The notes beneath the pieces are model-generated. The model saw only the letters and a list, made by a program, of their open reading frames with translations. It was not told the origin of the DNA and did not search any database. From an uncultured delta proteobacterium (GTDB lineage: Bacteria > Myxococcota_A > Polyangia > Fen-1088), in NCBI GenBank assembly GCA_963767925.1, contig CAVYGB010000010.1:864001-928000 (forward strand): a stretch of DNA of 64,000 nt, written 5' to 3'. Positions within the stretch are counted from its first letter, which is position 1, and each line of letters opens with the position of its first letter. The translations under genes were made by a program, and so were the position numbers. This document shows, piece by piece, positions 9,410 through 17,868 of the stretch.

Positions 9410-10396
9410 GTGGCGACGCGGCGAGCGATATGGACCGGATCCATCAACTTCGGACTGGTGAACATCCCGGTGCGCCTTTTCACGGCCACCACCTCCCATG
9501 ACATCGCGTTTCACCAGTTCCAGGCCAAGACCGGACAGCGCATCCACCACAAGCGGGTGGCCGAGCGCACCGGCCGGGAGGTCGCCTTCGATCAGATCGT
9601 GAAGGGCTTCGAGGTCGGCAAGGGCAAGGTGGTGCTCCTCGAACCCAGGGAGCTCGAGGCGCTCGAGCCAACGCGCGGCCGCACCATCGAGATCGAGCAG
9701 TTCGTCGACCTGCACGAGATCGATCCGATCCTCTGGGACAGCACGTATTACGTCGGGGCCAACGGGAGCCAGGGGGCGGCGAAGTCCTACGAGCTCCTGC
9801 GCCGGGCGATGGAGGAGTCGGAGAAGGTCGGCATCGGCCGCTTCGTCATGCGGACCAAGGAGTACCTCGTCACCGTGCGCCCCTTCGGGCGGGGGCTGGC
9901 CCTCGAGACGATGTATTACGCCGACGAGATCCGGGATCAGGAGGAGGCGGCGGGGCCGCCCAGCAAGGCGACAATCCCGGCGCGCGAGGTGGCGATGGCC
10001 AAGCAGCTCATCGAGGCCATGAGCGCCCCCTTCGATCTGAAGAAGTTCAAGGACAGCTACCGCGACAAGGTCAAGGACCTGGTCCACAAGAAGGCGCGCG
10101 GCGAGGAGATCGTCGTGGAGGAGTCGCCCGAGCAGCCCGCCGGGGTGGTCGACCTGATGGAGGCCCTGAAGGCCAGCTTGCAACGGGATGGGGCCAACGG
10201 GCACGGCGGCCGGACCGGACGGACTTCTGGCGGCGGCAAGGCGAAGGCCGGTTCCCCCGCGCGGGCCTCCGGCCGGAACCGGGACAGAACCAGCAAAGTG
10301 GCGACCAAGGCGACGAGCAGGTCGGCGACCAAGGCGACGAGCAGGTCGGCGGCCGGACGCGCGGGCCGAAAGACCAGGGAGTCACGCGCGGCCTGA
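9410..10396 (+). CDS. ku: Ku protein (NHEJ) with basic C-terminal tail
   Basis: RAIWTGSINFGLVNIPVRL, IVKGFE, IEIEQFV, YYVG, VVDLMEALKASL; tail contains a 24-bp duplication (10300-10347). Confidence 0.95.
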   Translation: MATRRAIWTGSINFGLVNIPVRLFTATTSHDIAFHQFQAKTGQRIHHKRVAERTGREVAFDQIVKGFEVGKGKVVLLEPRELEALEPTRGRTIEIEQFVDLHEIDPILWDSTYYVGANGSQGAAKSYELLRRAMEESEKVGIGRFVMRTKEYLVTVRPFGRGLALETMYYADEIRDQEEAAGPPSKATIPAREVAMAKQLIEAMSAPFDLKKFKDSYRDKVKDLVHKKARGEEIVVEESPEQPAGVVDLMEALKASLQRDGANGHGGRTGRTSGGGKAKAGSPARASGRNRDRTSKVATKATSRSATKATSRSAAGRAGRKTRESRAA

Positions 10397-10414
10397 CACG
10401 GTAAACTACCAGCC

Positions 10415-11098
10415 ATGCGGGGGCTGGTGACGTGGGTGCTCGTGTGCGGTCTTGTCGGTTGTGCGCGCGCGCCCGCGACGCCGACCGAGCCACCCGCCCC
10501 ACCCGAGCCGGAGACGGCGGCCGGGCCCGCGCCCGACGAGACAGCCGCCGGCCCCGGTACGGCAGAGCAGGCCGAAGCGGCGGCAGCCGAGGCGGCGGCA
10601 GCCGAGGCGGGCGCGATCGCGGAGACCGCCGAGCCGACTCCGACCGCAGACGTCCAGGGGGCTCCGCCACCCGCGGGCAAGGTTCGCCCGGGCCGCCGCA
10701 AGGCCGGGACGCGGGCACGCGCACGCGCGGCCGCCCGACGTGTCCAGACGCCGGCGGCGCGCGCAGCTTCTGCGCTGCCGGCCGCCCCCTCCTCACCTGG
10801 ACCCGCAGCGGCGCCCGCCCCACCCGCTTCATCGTCCTCCGCCGGCGCGCCGGTCGCCGCCTACGCCGGACCCGATCGGTGCAAGACGGCCGTGCGGGGC
10901 GACTCACCTGTCGCGCGCGCTTGCCGGCAAGGTGGCAACAAGGCAGCGAAGACGGCGATGAAGGACATGCTCCGCCGGGGCCAGGCCCGCGGCATGAAGT
11001 TCGAGTGCGACGACTGCCACCGCAACGAGACCGACTTCAGCGAGCTGTCGCCGGGCGCGCGCGAGCAGTTCAGCAACCTCCTCTCCGCGATCAAGTGA
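10415..11098 (+). CDS. Lipoprotein with Ala/Pro-rich linker and C-terminal CxxCH (putative monoheme c-type cytochrome)
   Basis: Lipobox LVGC; FECDDCHR motif near the C-terminus; two further Cys and Met residues upstream. Confidence 0.65.
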   Translation: MRGLVTWVLVCGLVGCARAPATPTEPPAPPEPETAAGPAPDETAAGPGTAEQAEAAAAEAAAAEAGAIAETAEPTPTADVQGAPPPAGKVRPGRRKAGTRARARAAARRVQTPAARAASALPAAPSSPGPAAAPAPPASSSSAGAPVAAYAGPDRCKTAVRGDSPVARACRQGGNKAAKTAMKDMLRRGQARGMKFECDDCHRNETDFSELSPGAREQFSNLLSAIK

Positions 11099-11229
11099 GG
11101 CGCGCCCGCAAACTCTGCGGGAAAACCACTCCGTCGCACGGCGACGTACCGTACACGGCCGGGTTTGTGCGGGTGTGCGAGCTGGTTCCTAGATGAGTCC
11201 CCTTGCGACCAGCAGCACGCTCGTAAACA

Positions 11230-13017
11230 ATGAGGGGGATGTTCTTAGGGACCCGCACGGTCTCGCTAGCGGCATTCGTGTTCCTGACCGTCGGTTCTCT
11301 GGGGTCCGCTGGCGCGGCGCCGGGGACGGAGATGCGATGCGCTGTGCTGCGCTACGCCTTCCAGCCCGAGTGCTTCGAGCCGCCCTGTCCGGCCATCAAG
11401 CGCAAGCTCGGTGACCGGCTCGATCTGGGACCGCAGGTCGCCGTCTGGGTCGAGACCGCCGATCGCAGCCGCTTCATCGACACCTTGATGGTCACCAACC
11501 TCACCGCCCGCCGGGGCGTCGGCAACCGCCCGGGGCTGAGCATCCTGCCCTCGGGGCCCAAACATCCGTACGGCAAGCGGCTGATGGTGCTGCCGGTGTG
11601 GGCCTGGGCGCGGGGCAAGCTCTACCCCCAGGTGGTCATGCAGGACAGCCACGAGGAGTGGATGGGGTTTCACGAGTCGACCTCCTCGCCCGATCCGTAT
11701 TACTGCCGCCCCATGGGCCTGGCCGAGGTCGACGTCGACGCCATCAGTTGCCCGACGAAGGTCTTCAACAGCGCCAAGGGCCGGCTGGCCAGCGAGCTGC
11801 CGAAGATCCCCTACCCGCCCCGCAACGACCTGATGCAGTTCCTCGATCGGGACTGCGACGTCCCCTCCTCGCCGAGCGGCTGCAACAAGAGCGCCGAGCA
11901 GTTCCGGACCCTCAACGACCTCGACTCGGTGGCGGCGGCGACGCCCCCCTTCGAGCAGGTCTACCGGGGACAGTGGACGATCGCCTCGCAGCTCCCCGCC
12001 AGCGGCGACTATGCCCTGGTCGTCGAGGTCAACCGGGAGTTCGACCAGAACGCCTACTACCGGACCACGGCCTACGAGGACCGGAAGCTGAGCGGCAGCG
12101 GGTTCACCCAGACCGGCTTTCCCAACAACCTCGGCCAGCCCTCGGTTGTCTACCGGGTCCCCTTCCGCATCGACGGCTCCGCGAGCGCGGGGGTGGCCAC
12201 CACCATCGCCGGCTACGGCGCGGCCGACGGCGTGAACGGCGCCCTCAGCGCGCCCGACAGCACCATCAGCCAGACGCCGGGCTCCGGGGCCGGGCGGCTG
12301 CGGACGGTGCCGGCGCCCTGGAGCGACGGCGCGGCCGGGCCGGGCAAGGTGTTCGTGCGCCTGGAGGGCTGCGCCGACCAGGCCGTCAAGCAGGACGAGT
12401 GCAACCCGCGCCCGGCGGCGCCCCTCGCCGTCACCGACGTCAGCGTGGTGGACGCCCAGGCCACCACCGCGCTGATCGAGTTCCGACACGCCGCCGACGA
12501 CGGCAAGCCGGTGGGCAGCTACGACATCCGCCTGCGCCAGGGCAAGCCCGGCTCGGAGGAGAACTTCATCGAGGGGGTCCCGGTCGGACGGGTGGATCCC
12601 GAGAAGCCCGGGACGATGGCCAACGTGGAGCTGAACGAGCTCAAGCCGCTGACCGACTACGTGCTGGGGGTGCGGGCGCTCGGGCGCTGCGGGACCCAGT
12701 CGACGCTGGTGCAGAAGCCGTTCACCACCGCCGATCTCGAGTTCAAGCAGCTCACCGGCTGCTTCGTGGCCACGGCCGCCTACGGGTCGGCGCTGGCCCC
12801 GGCGGTGGGGAGCCTGCGGGCGGTCCGCGACCGGGCCCGCGACGGCAGCGCCCTGGCGGCCACGGTCGTCGATCTGTACGAGCGGTCGAGCCCGCCGGTG
12901 GCCGCGTTGCTCCGGCAGAGCCAGGGGCTCCGGGCGGCGGTCCGGCGGCTGCTGGCCCCGGCCCTGCGGGTGGCCGAGACGCTGGCGCCCGCTGGCGCCG
13001 GGCGCCCGGCCCGCTAA
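11230..13017 (+). CDS. Secreted protein with fibronectin type III domain and CFI-box-CTERM tail
   Basis: Signal peptide; FN3-like LNELKPLTDYVLGVRA; GCFVATAAYGS...LRAVRD...LYERSSPPVA. Confidence 0.8.
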   Translation: MRGMFLGTRTVSLAAFVFLTVGSLGSAGAAPGTEMRCAVLRYAFQPECFEPPCPAIKRKLGDRLDLGPQVAVWVETADRSRFIDTLMVTNLTARRGVGNRPGLSILPSGPKHPYGKRLMVLPVWAWARGKLYPQVVMQDSHEEWMGFHESTSSPDPYYCRPMGLAEVDVDAISCPTKVFNSAKGRLASELPKIPYPPRNDLMQFLDRDCDVPSSPSGCNKSAEQFRTLNDLDSVAAATPPFEQVYRGQWTIASQLPASGDYALVVEVNREFDQNAYYRTTAYEDRKLSGSGFTQTGFPNNLGQPSVVYRVPFRIDGSASAGVATTIAGYGAADGVNGALSAPDSTISQTPGSGAGRLRTVPAPWSDGAAGPGKVFVRLEGCADQAVKQDECNPRPAAPLAVTDVSVVDAQATTALIEFRHAADDGKPVGSYDIRLRQGKPGSEENFIEGVPVGRVDPEKPGTMANVELNELKPLTDYVLGVRALGRCGTQSTLVQKPFTTADLEFKQLTGCFVATAAYGSALAPAVGSLRAVRDRARDGSALAATVVDLYERSSPPVAALLRQSQGLRAAVRRLLAPALRVAETLAPAGAGRPAR

Positions 13018-13027
13018 GATAGCCGCC

Positions 13028-13495
13028 GTGCGCGCGGGGCGAGCTCTGCCAGGCAAGTGGGTGACGGCGGCGGCTCTCGCCGTCCTGCTGGGCGGGGCCG
13101 GCTGCGAAGATCTCAAGCAGTTCGCGGGCGGCTGGGCGGGCGAGATCTCGCGCGACCCCCAGCTCCAGCACGGCTTCGCGGCGGCGGCCGTCCTCGCGGC
13201 GCGGGTGGCCTCGGCGGGCCGGTACGGCATCGACATGACCCTCACCCTGCCGGGAGAGGCGGGCGCGCTGCGCTTCGAGCCGATCCGCCACGCGGCCGGA
13301 GACGTGCTGGCGGACGTGCGCCTCGCGGGCGAGCCGCTGCGCACCTTCTTCGGCTTCGTGAGCCCGGTCGACAAGGCCCCCTACCTCACCATCGTGTCGC
13401 TCTACGCGGAGGAGCGCCTCGAAGTGCGCCTCATCCGCGGTCCGGACGAGGCCTACGGGGTCTTCGCCCTCACCCGCCTGCCTGACCCGCCCTAG
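13028..13495 (+). CDS. Hypothetical lipoprotein
   Basis: Lipobox GGAGC after a hydrophobic stretch; high-GC3 codon pattern. Confidence 0.7.
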   Translation: MRAGRALPGKWVTAAALAVLLGGAGCEDLKQFAGGWAGEISRDPQLQHGFAAAAVLAARVASAGRYGIDMTLTLPGEAGALRFEPIRHAAGDVLADVRLAGEPLRTFFGFVSPVDKAPYLTIVSLYAEERLEVRLIRGPDEAYGVFALTRLPDPP

Positions 13496-13651
13496 GCCGA
13501 TTGCCTGGCCGTGCCTGGCCGTCCCCCCCGGAGTCCGCGCAATTTTTGCCGGCCCGGAGGTCGGGGTCGGCCGGACCTCTGTGGATACGCGTTTTGACTT
13601 CCGGGGCCCCGAACCCAGCTTGTTTGTTCAACCGGGTGAAGGAGGCGAACG

Positions 13652-13882
13652 ATGAGCGACGAGACGAAGGGGAAGCTGGAGAACCTGAAGGGCCGCGCGA
13701 AGCAGGCCGCCGGGTCGCTGAGCGGCGACAAGGGGCTGGAGGCGGAGGGGGCCTTCGACCGCGCCAAGGGCGCCGTGCGCGAGAAGGTGGGCGAGGCCAA
13801 GCGCAAGCTCGACGACAAGCGGAAAGAGAACGAGGACGAGGACACGGGCAAGAAGGACGAAGAAGACGAAGACGTGGTCTAG
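13652..13882 (+). CDS. csbD: CsbD family stress protein
   Basis: KGKLENLKGRAKQAAGSLSGDKGLEAEG...KGAVREKVGEAK; SD AAGGAGG upstream. Confidence 0.88.
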   Translation: MSDETKGKLENLKGRAKQAAGSLSGDKGLEAEGAFDRAKGAVREKVGEAKRKLDDKRKENEDEDTGKKDEEDEDVV

Positions 13883-13984
13883 CAGCCCGTCGCTGCTAGC
13901 GGCCACGGCCGAGCGTCGATCCCTTCCCGGGTTGGGAGAGGTCGACGCGGGGCTGTTCCTGGTGAGCGCCCGGGCGGGCAACCG

Positions 13985-14029
13985 CCCCTCACCCATTCCC
14001 TCTCCCCGCGGCAGACGCGGGGCGAGGGC
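13985..14029 (+). repeat. REP-like hairpin element (same family as 4332)
   Basis: CCCCTCACCCATTCCCTCTCCCCGCGGCAGACGCGGGGCGAGGGC. Confidence 0.85.
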
Positions 14030-14057
14030 TGACGGGCAGGGGTAGGCGCGGGCAGGT

Positions 14058-14112
14058 TGCTCCGGGTAGGAGCGCTCGGGCAGGGAGGTGCTCCGAGCAG
14101 GAGCGCTCGGGC
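14058..14112. repeat. Two direct copies of a 24-bp palindromic unit
   Basis: TGCTCCG(G/A)G(T/C)AGGAGCGCTCGGGC at 14058 and 14089. Confidence 0.75.
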
Positions 14113-14120
14113 CGGCTCTG

Positions 14121-14744
14121 TCAGACGGGGAAGCCGTGGGTGCGGAGGGCGGCGATGGTGGCGGGGGCGTCGACGTGGTGCACGGCGGCCATGCCGAGGG
14201 CGCGAGCAGCGGCGGCGTTGGCGGCGTTGTCGTCGATGAACAGCGCCTCGGCGGGGGCGAAGCCGCCCCGCTGGAACAGCACCTGGAAGATGCGGGGGTC
14301 GGGCTTGACCAGCTTCTCCTCGCCCGACACGACGATGTCGCGGAAGCGGCCCAGGAAGGGGTATTGCCGCCGGGCCCAGGGGAAGGTGTCGGCCCCCCAG
14401 TTCGTGAGGGCGTAGAGGGGGGTGCCGGCCGCGTGAAGGCGGTCCAGCACCGCCACCATCTCGGCGTGGGGGGCGGCGAACATCTCCACGAAACGATCGT
14501 GGAAGGCGGCGATGTGCGCGGCGTGCTCGGGAAACCGGGCCTGCAGGGGGGGCACGATGTCCTCGGGCAGGGCCCCGGCGTCCACCTGCTCGTGCCAGGC
14601 GTGGGTGCAGATGGCCCCCAGGAACCACTCGACCCGCGCGGGGTCGTCGTAGATCTTCCGGTAGAGGTGGCGCGGGTTCCAGTCGATGAGCACGCCGCCC
14701 AGATCGAAGACGACCCGCGAGGGGCGAGGGGCGGGGTCGCTCAG
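14121..14744 (-). CDS. HAD family phosphatase, probable CTG start
   Basis: Motif I VVFDLGGVLIDW lies upstream of the ORF-finder start; LTNW, KPDPRIF and FIDD motifs present; only CTG is available between the in-frame TAA (14748-14750) and motif I. Confidence 0.85.
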   Translation of the reverse strand: MSDPAPRPSRVVFDLGGVLIDWNPRHLYRKIYDDPARVEWFLGAICTHAWHEQVDAGALPEDIVPPLQARFPEHAAHIAAFHDRFVEMFAAPHAEMVAVLDRLHAAGTPLYALTNWGADTFPWARRQYPFLGRFRDIVVSGEEKLVKPDPRIFQVLFQRGGFAPAEALFIDDNAANAAAARALGMAAVHHVDAPATIAALRTHGFPV

Positions 14745-15088
14745 CCGTTACCGCCCATCTGCAGGAGCTTGGACAGGCGGGGGGCCAGGTTGGCGTCGCC
14801 GGTCACCTTGAGCTTGCCGCTGAAGAAGAGCTGCATCGCCGCCGGCATGCCGCCGTCGATCATGCTCCGGAAATCGGCGTCGGTGGCCTCGATGGTACAT
14901 TGCGGTACACCGGCTTCCCCGCGCACACAGGTGGGCGGGTTCGACTGCAGGTCGGCGGTCCAGGTCCCGCCGTCATCTCCGGAGATCTTGAACCGGTAGA
15001 TGGCCGCGACGTCCTTGGCCTTCTCGGGCTGGGTGCGCAGCACCTCGGGAACCTTGTTGTCGAAGAACTCCTTCACGGACGTGGGCAT
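14741..15088 (-). CDS. SCP2 sterol/lipid-binding domain protein
   Basis: YRFKISGDDGGTWTADL...MQLFFSGKLKVTGDANLA; SD GGAGG. Confidence 0.9.
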   Translation of the reverse strand: MPTSVKEFFDNKVPEVLRTQPEKAKDVAAIYRFKISGDDGGTWTADLQSNPPTCVRGEAGVPQCTIEATDADFRSMIDGGMPAAMQLFFSGKLKVTGDANLAPRLSKLLQMGGNG

Positions 15089-15139
15089 GGCAACCTCCCT
15101 GAGGGGAAGGCCGAATCATTGACGCCGTTGGCGTCCCTG

Positions 15140-16309
15140 TCAAACCTGCGGCACCGAAGAGCTGCCCTGCAGGCGGCTGCGGGCCGCGCGCCAGAGCCGG
15201 CGCACCTGGGTGGCGGAGCGTGAAAACTGGCCGCCCAGGGTGGCGTTGAACAGGTGCAGGTCCATCACCGCCTCGGTCTGGCAGGCGTAGTCTTCCTTGT
15301 AAGAGCCCTCGGCCCCCACCAGGAAGTCGAAGCGGCGTTGCCGGTTGACGAACCCCCACTCGATGACCTGCGACAGGGTCAGCAGCCCGGGCGAGACGTT
15401 CCCGAAGGCGGAGGTGTCGAACCCGCTCTGGTAGTAGTAGATCGTGCCCGCGAACACGACGTTGTAGAGGGCGGCCACGCACCGGCCGTCCTTCCACCAC
15501 ATGCGCAGGTCGAGCCAGCCCCGCGCCAGCAGGCGGGGCAACACCAGGCGGTGGAACTCCTGGAACTTCTCGCTCTGCCAGGCCGAGCCCTCGCCCTTTT
15601 CCCCCTGCCGCTGCCGGCTGAGGCGGGCGATCTCGGTGAGGAAGCGGGGCAGCTCGTCGGCCGACTCCACCCGCCGTTCGGTCAGCCCGCCCTCCTTCTC
15701 CATGCGGCGGCGGTAGTAATAGATGCGCTTCTTGCGCTGCTTCGACAGCCCGTCGACGTAGGCGGTAAAGTCGCCCCGAGAGAGGTCGACGAAGAAACGC
15801 TCGCCCGCGGGGTGGGCGTCGACCGACAGGCCGCTGTCGCGCGCCATGGGGCGCAGGTAGCGACAGAGCAGGGAGCTCTCCAGCAGGTTGCCCCAGCGGG
15901 CCTCGTCCCAGCTCGCCCGCTCGCGCCGCAGACAGCGCCAGACCTCGTCGCACACCAGCGCCTCGAAGCCGGCGGCGGCGATGAGGTCGGGGAAATCGCT
16001 GCACACCTCGTCGGCCTCGTCCTCGCCGGTGCCGAGGAAAAACAGCCTCCGGATCGAGGGGCGGGCCAGCCCCCGCACCTCCCGCACAACCAGCGGCGCC
16101 AGGCCGACCAGGACGCCGTCCTGGCGCACGCCGATGACCAGCAGGCGGAAGCGCCCCCCCGCCCCGAACACCTGCCACCAGCTGATCAGCCACTCGTAGG
16201 TGCGGAACACCTCCGGGGCGCTCGACCGCGCCAAAAGCTGCTGCCACTCGTCCTCGATCCGCTGGAGCTCTTCGACGCTCCGGAGCACGAACGTATCGAC
16301 AGTCGCCAT
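15140..16309 (-). CDS. GNAT acetyltransferase (Acetyltransf_6, CelD/BcsL-like)
   Basis: EWLISWW, LVGLAPL, YYYQSGFD...SPGLL, FDFLVGAEGSYK. Confidence 0.85.
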   Translation of the reverse strand: MATVDTFVLRSVEELQRIEDEWQQLLARSSAPEVFRTYEWLISWWQVFGAGGRFRLLVIGVRQDGVLVGLAPLVVREVRGLARPSIRRLFFLGTGEDEADEVCSDFPDLIAAAGFEALVCDEVWRCLRRERASWDEARWGNLLESSLLCRYLRPMARDSGLSVDAHPAGERFFVDLSRGDFTAYVDGLSKQRKKRIYYYRRRMEKEGGLTERRVESADELPRFLTEIARLSRQRQGEKGEGSAWQSEKFQEFHRLVLPRLLARGWLDLRMWWKDGRCVAALYNVVFAGTIYYYQSGFDTSAFGNVSPGLLTLSQVIEWGFVNRQRRFDFLVGAEGSYKEDYACQTEAVMDLHLFNATLGGQFSRSATQVRRLWRAARSRLQGSSSVPQV

Positions 16310-16358
16310 CGGGCCAACGCTAAACTTGCGCTGGGTCTCCCCGAGGCGCAAGCACCGG

Positions 16359-17774
16359 CTACCCCTTCGGGCGCGAGTAACGCTCCGCCACCCGCTCGGC
16401 GTACCCCTCGACGTGTTTCTGTTCGACCCGGGTGATGGCCAGGGCCCCCGCGGGCACGTCTTTCGTCACGGTGGAGCCCGCGGCGACGACGGCGCGGCGA
16501 CCCACCCGCACCGGCGCCACGAGCTGGGTGTCGGAGCCGATGAAGGCGTCGTCCTCGATGATGGTCTGCCGCTTCTCGAAGCCGTTGTAGTTGCAGGTGA
16601 TGGTGCCGGCGCCGACGTTCACCTTCTGTCCGATGATGGCGTCGCCGAGGTAGGCGAGGTGGTTGGCCTTGCTACCGCTGCCCATGCGGGTCTTCTTCGT
16701 CTCCACGAAGTTGCCGATGTGAACCGCCGGCCCCAGCTCGGTCCCCGGCCGCAGGTGGGCGAAGGGGCCGATGCTGCACTCGGCCCCGATGATCGAGTCG
16801 GTGGCCACGCAATACGGCTTGACGTGGGCGTTGGCCCCGACCTCGGTGTCGACGAGCAGCACCCCATCCTCGATGCGGGCCCCGTCGCCGATTCGGGTGC
16901 GGCCCCGCAGGGCGACGTTGCGGCCGATCTCGACGTCGGTGCCGATCTCCACCGCCGGCTCGATCACCACCGAGCCGGGATCCCGGAAGGTGGCGCGCTC
17001 GCGGAAGCGGGCCAGCACCCGCCGGCGCATCACCTCCTCGGCGTCGGCGAGCTGGAGCCGATCGTTGATGCCGGCGATCTCCTCGGGCGACCCCTCCACC
17101 GGGTAGGCCCCGACGCTGCGGGCGGCCATCTCGACGATGTCGGTGAGGTAAAACTCACCCTGGGCGTTGTTGCTCTTGAGGGCGGCGGTGGCCTCCCGCA
17201 AAAACTCGATCGGGGCGGCGTAAAAACCGGCGTTGATCTCCCTGATGGCCCGCTCGGCCTTGCTGGTGTCCTTCTCCTCGATGACCTTCTTCACCCGCTT
17301 GCGCCGGTCGCGGATGATCCGGCCGTAGCCGGTGGGGTCGGGCAGGCGGGCGGTCATCACCGCCAGGCCCCCGGTCCGGCGGGCCTCCTCGACCAGGCCC
17401 TCGATGGTCTCCCGCCGCAGCAGGGGGGCGTCTCCGTAGAGGATGAGCACCAGCCCGCTCTCCGCGGCCAGGGGGACCAGGCCCAGCTTCACCGCGTGGC
17501 CGGTCCCCTTCTGCTCGCGCTGCTCGACAACCGTGATGGCTCCCGCCCCGTAGCGGGAGGCGAGCACCTTCTCCACCTCGGTGAGCTGGTGCCCCAGCAC
17601 CGCCACCACCGGCTGGGCGCCCAGCTCGCGGGCCCGCTCGATGGGGTAGGCGCACAGGGGCGCACCCAGCACCGTGTGCAGCACCTTGGCCTTGTTCGAC
17701 TTCATGCGGGTCCCCTTGCCAGCGGCGAGCACGATGCAAGCGAGACGATCCAGTCCAGTGGTCTTCTTCTTCAC
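16359..17774 (-). CDS. glmU: Bifunctional UDP-GlcNAc pyrophosphorylase / GlcN-1-P acetyltransferase
   Basis: LAAGKGTRMKS..KVLH, QKGTGHAV, GYGRII, NNAQGEFYLTD, hexapeptide region, GNFVETK, HLAYLGDA. Confidence 0.97.
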   Translation of the reverse strand: MKKKTTGLDRLACIVLAAGKGTRMKSNKAKVLHTVLGAPLCAYPIERARELGAQPVVAVLGHQLTEVEKVLASRYGAGAITVVEQREQKGTGHAVKLGLVPLAAESGLVLILYGDAPLLRRETIEGLVEEARRTGGLAVMTARLPDPTGYGRIIRDRRKRVKKVIEEKDTSKAERAIREINAGFYAAPIEFLREATAALKSNNAQGEFYLTDIVEMAARSVGAYPVEGSPEEIAGINDRLQLADAEEVMRRRVLARFRERATFRDPGSVVIEPAVEIGTDVEIGRNVALRGRTRIGDGARIEDGVLLVDTEVGANAHVKPYCVATDSIIGAECSIGPFAHLRPGTELGPAVHIGNFVETKKTRMGSGSKANHLAYLGDAIIGQKVNVGAGTITCNYNGFEKRQTIIEDDAFIGSDTQLVAPVRVGRRAVVAAGSTVTKDVPAGALAITRVEQKHVEGYAERVAERYSRPKG

Positions 17775-17868
17775 GTTTCTGACAGCCTCCGGGCCCCACG
17801 ATAGTAGCGCTTTGCATGGGGAGTTCGCATCCGGTTTGCGGCCGTGTAGGGTGTAGGATCGTTGGTCC

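Noticed and set aside
13581..13590. GGATAC upstream of csbD as a fourth ECF promoter copy
   Set aside because: Reads CGTATCC rather than TGTATCC, has no TCGT element at the right spacing, and points away from csbD
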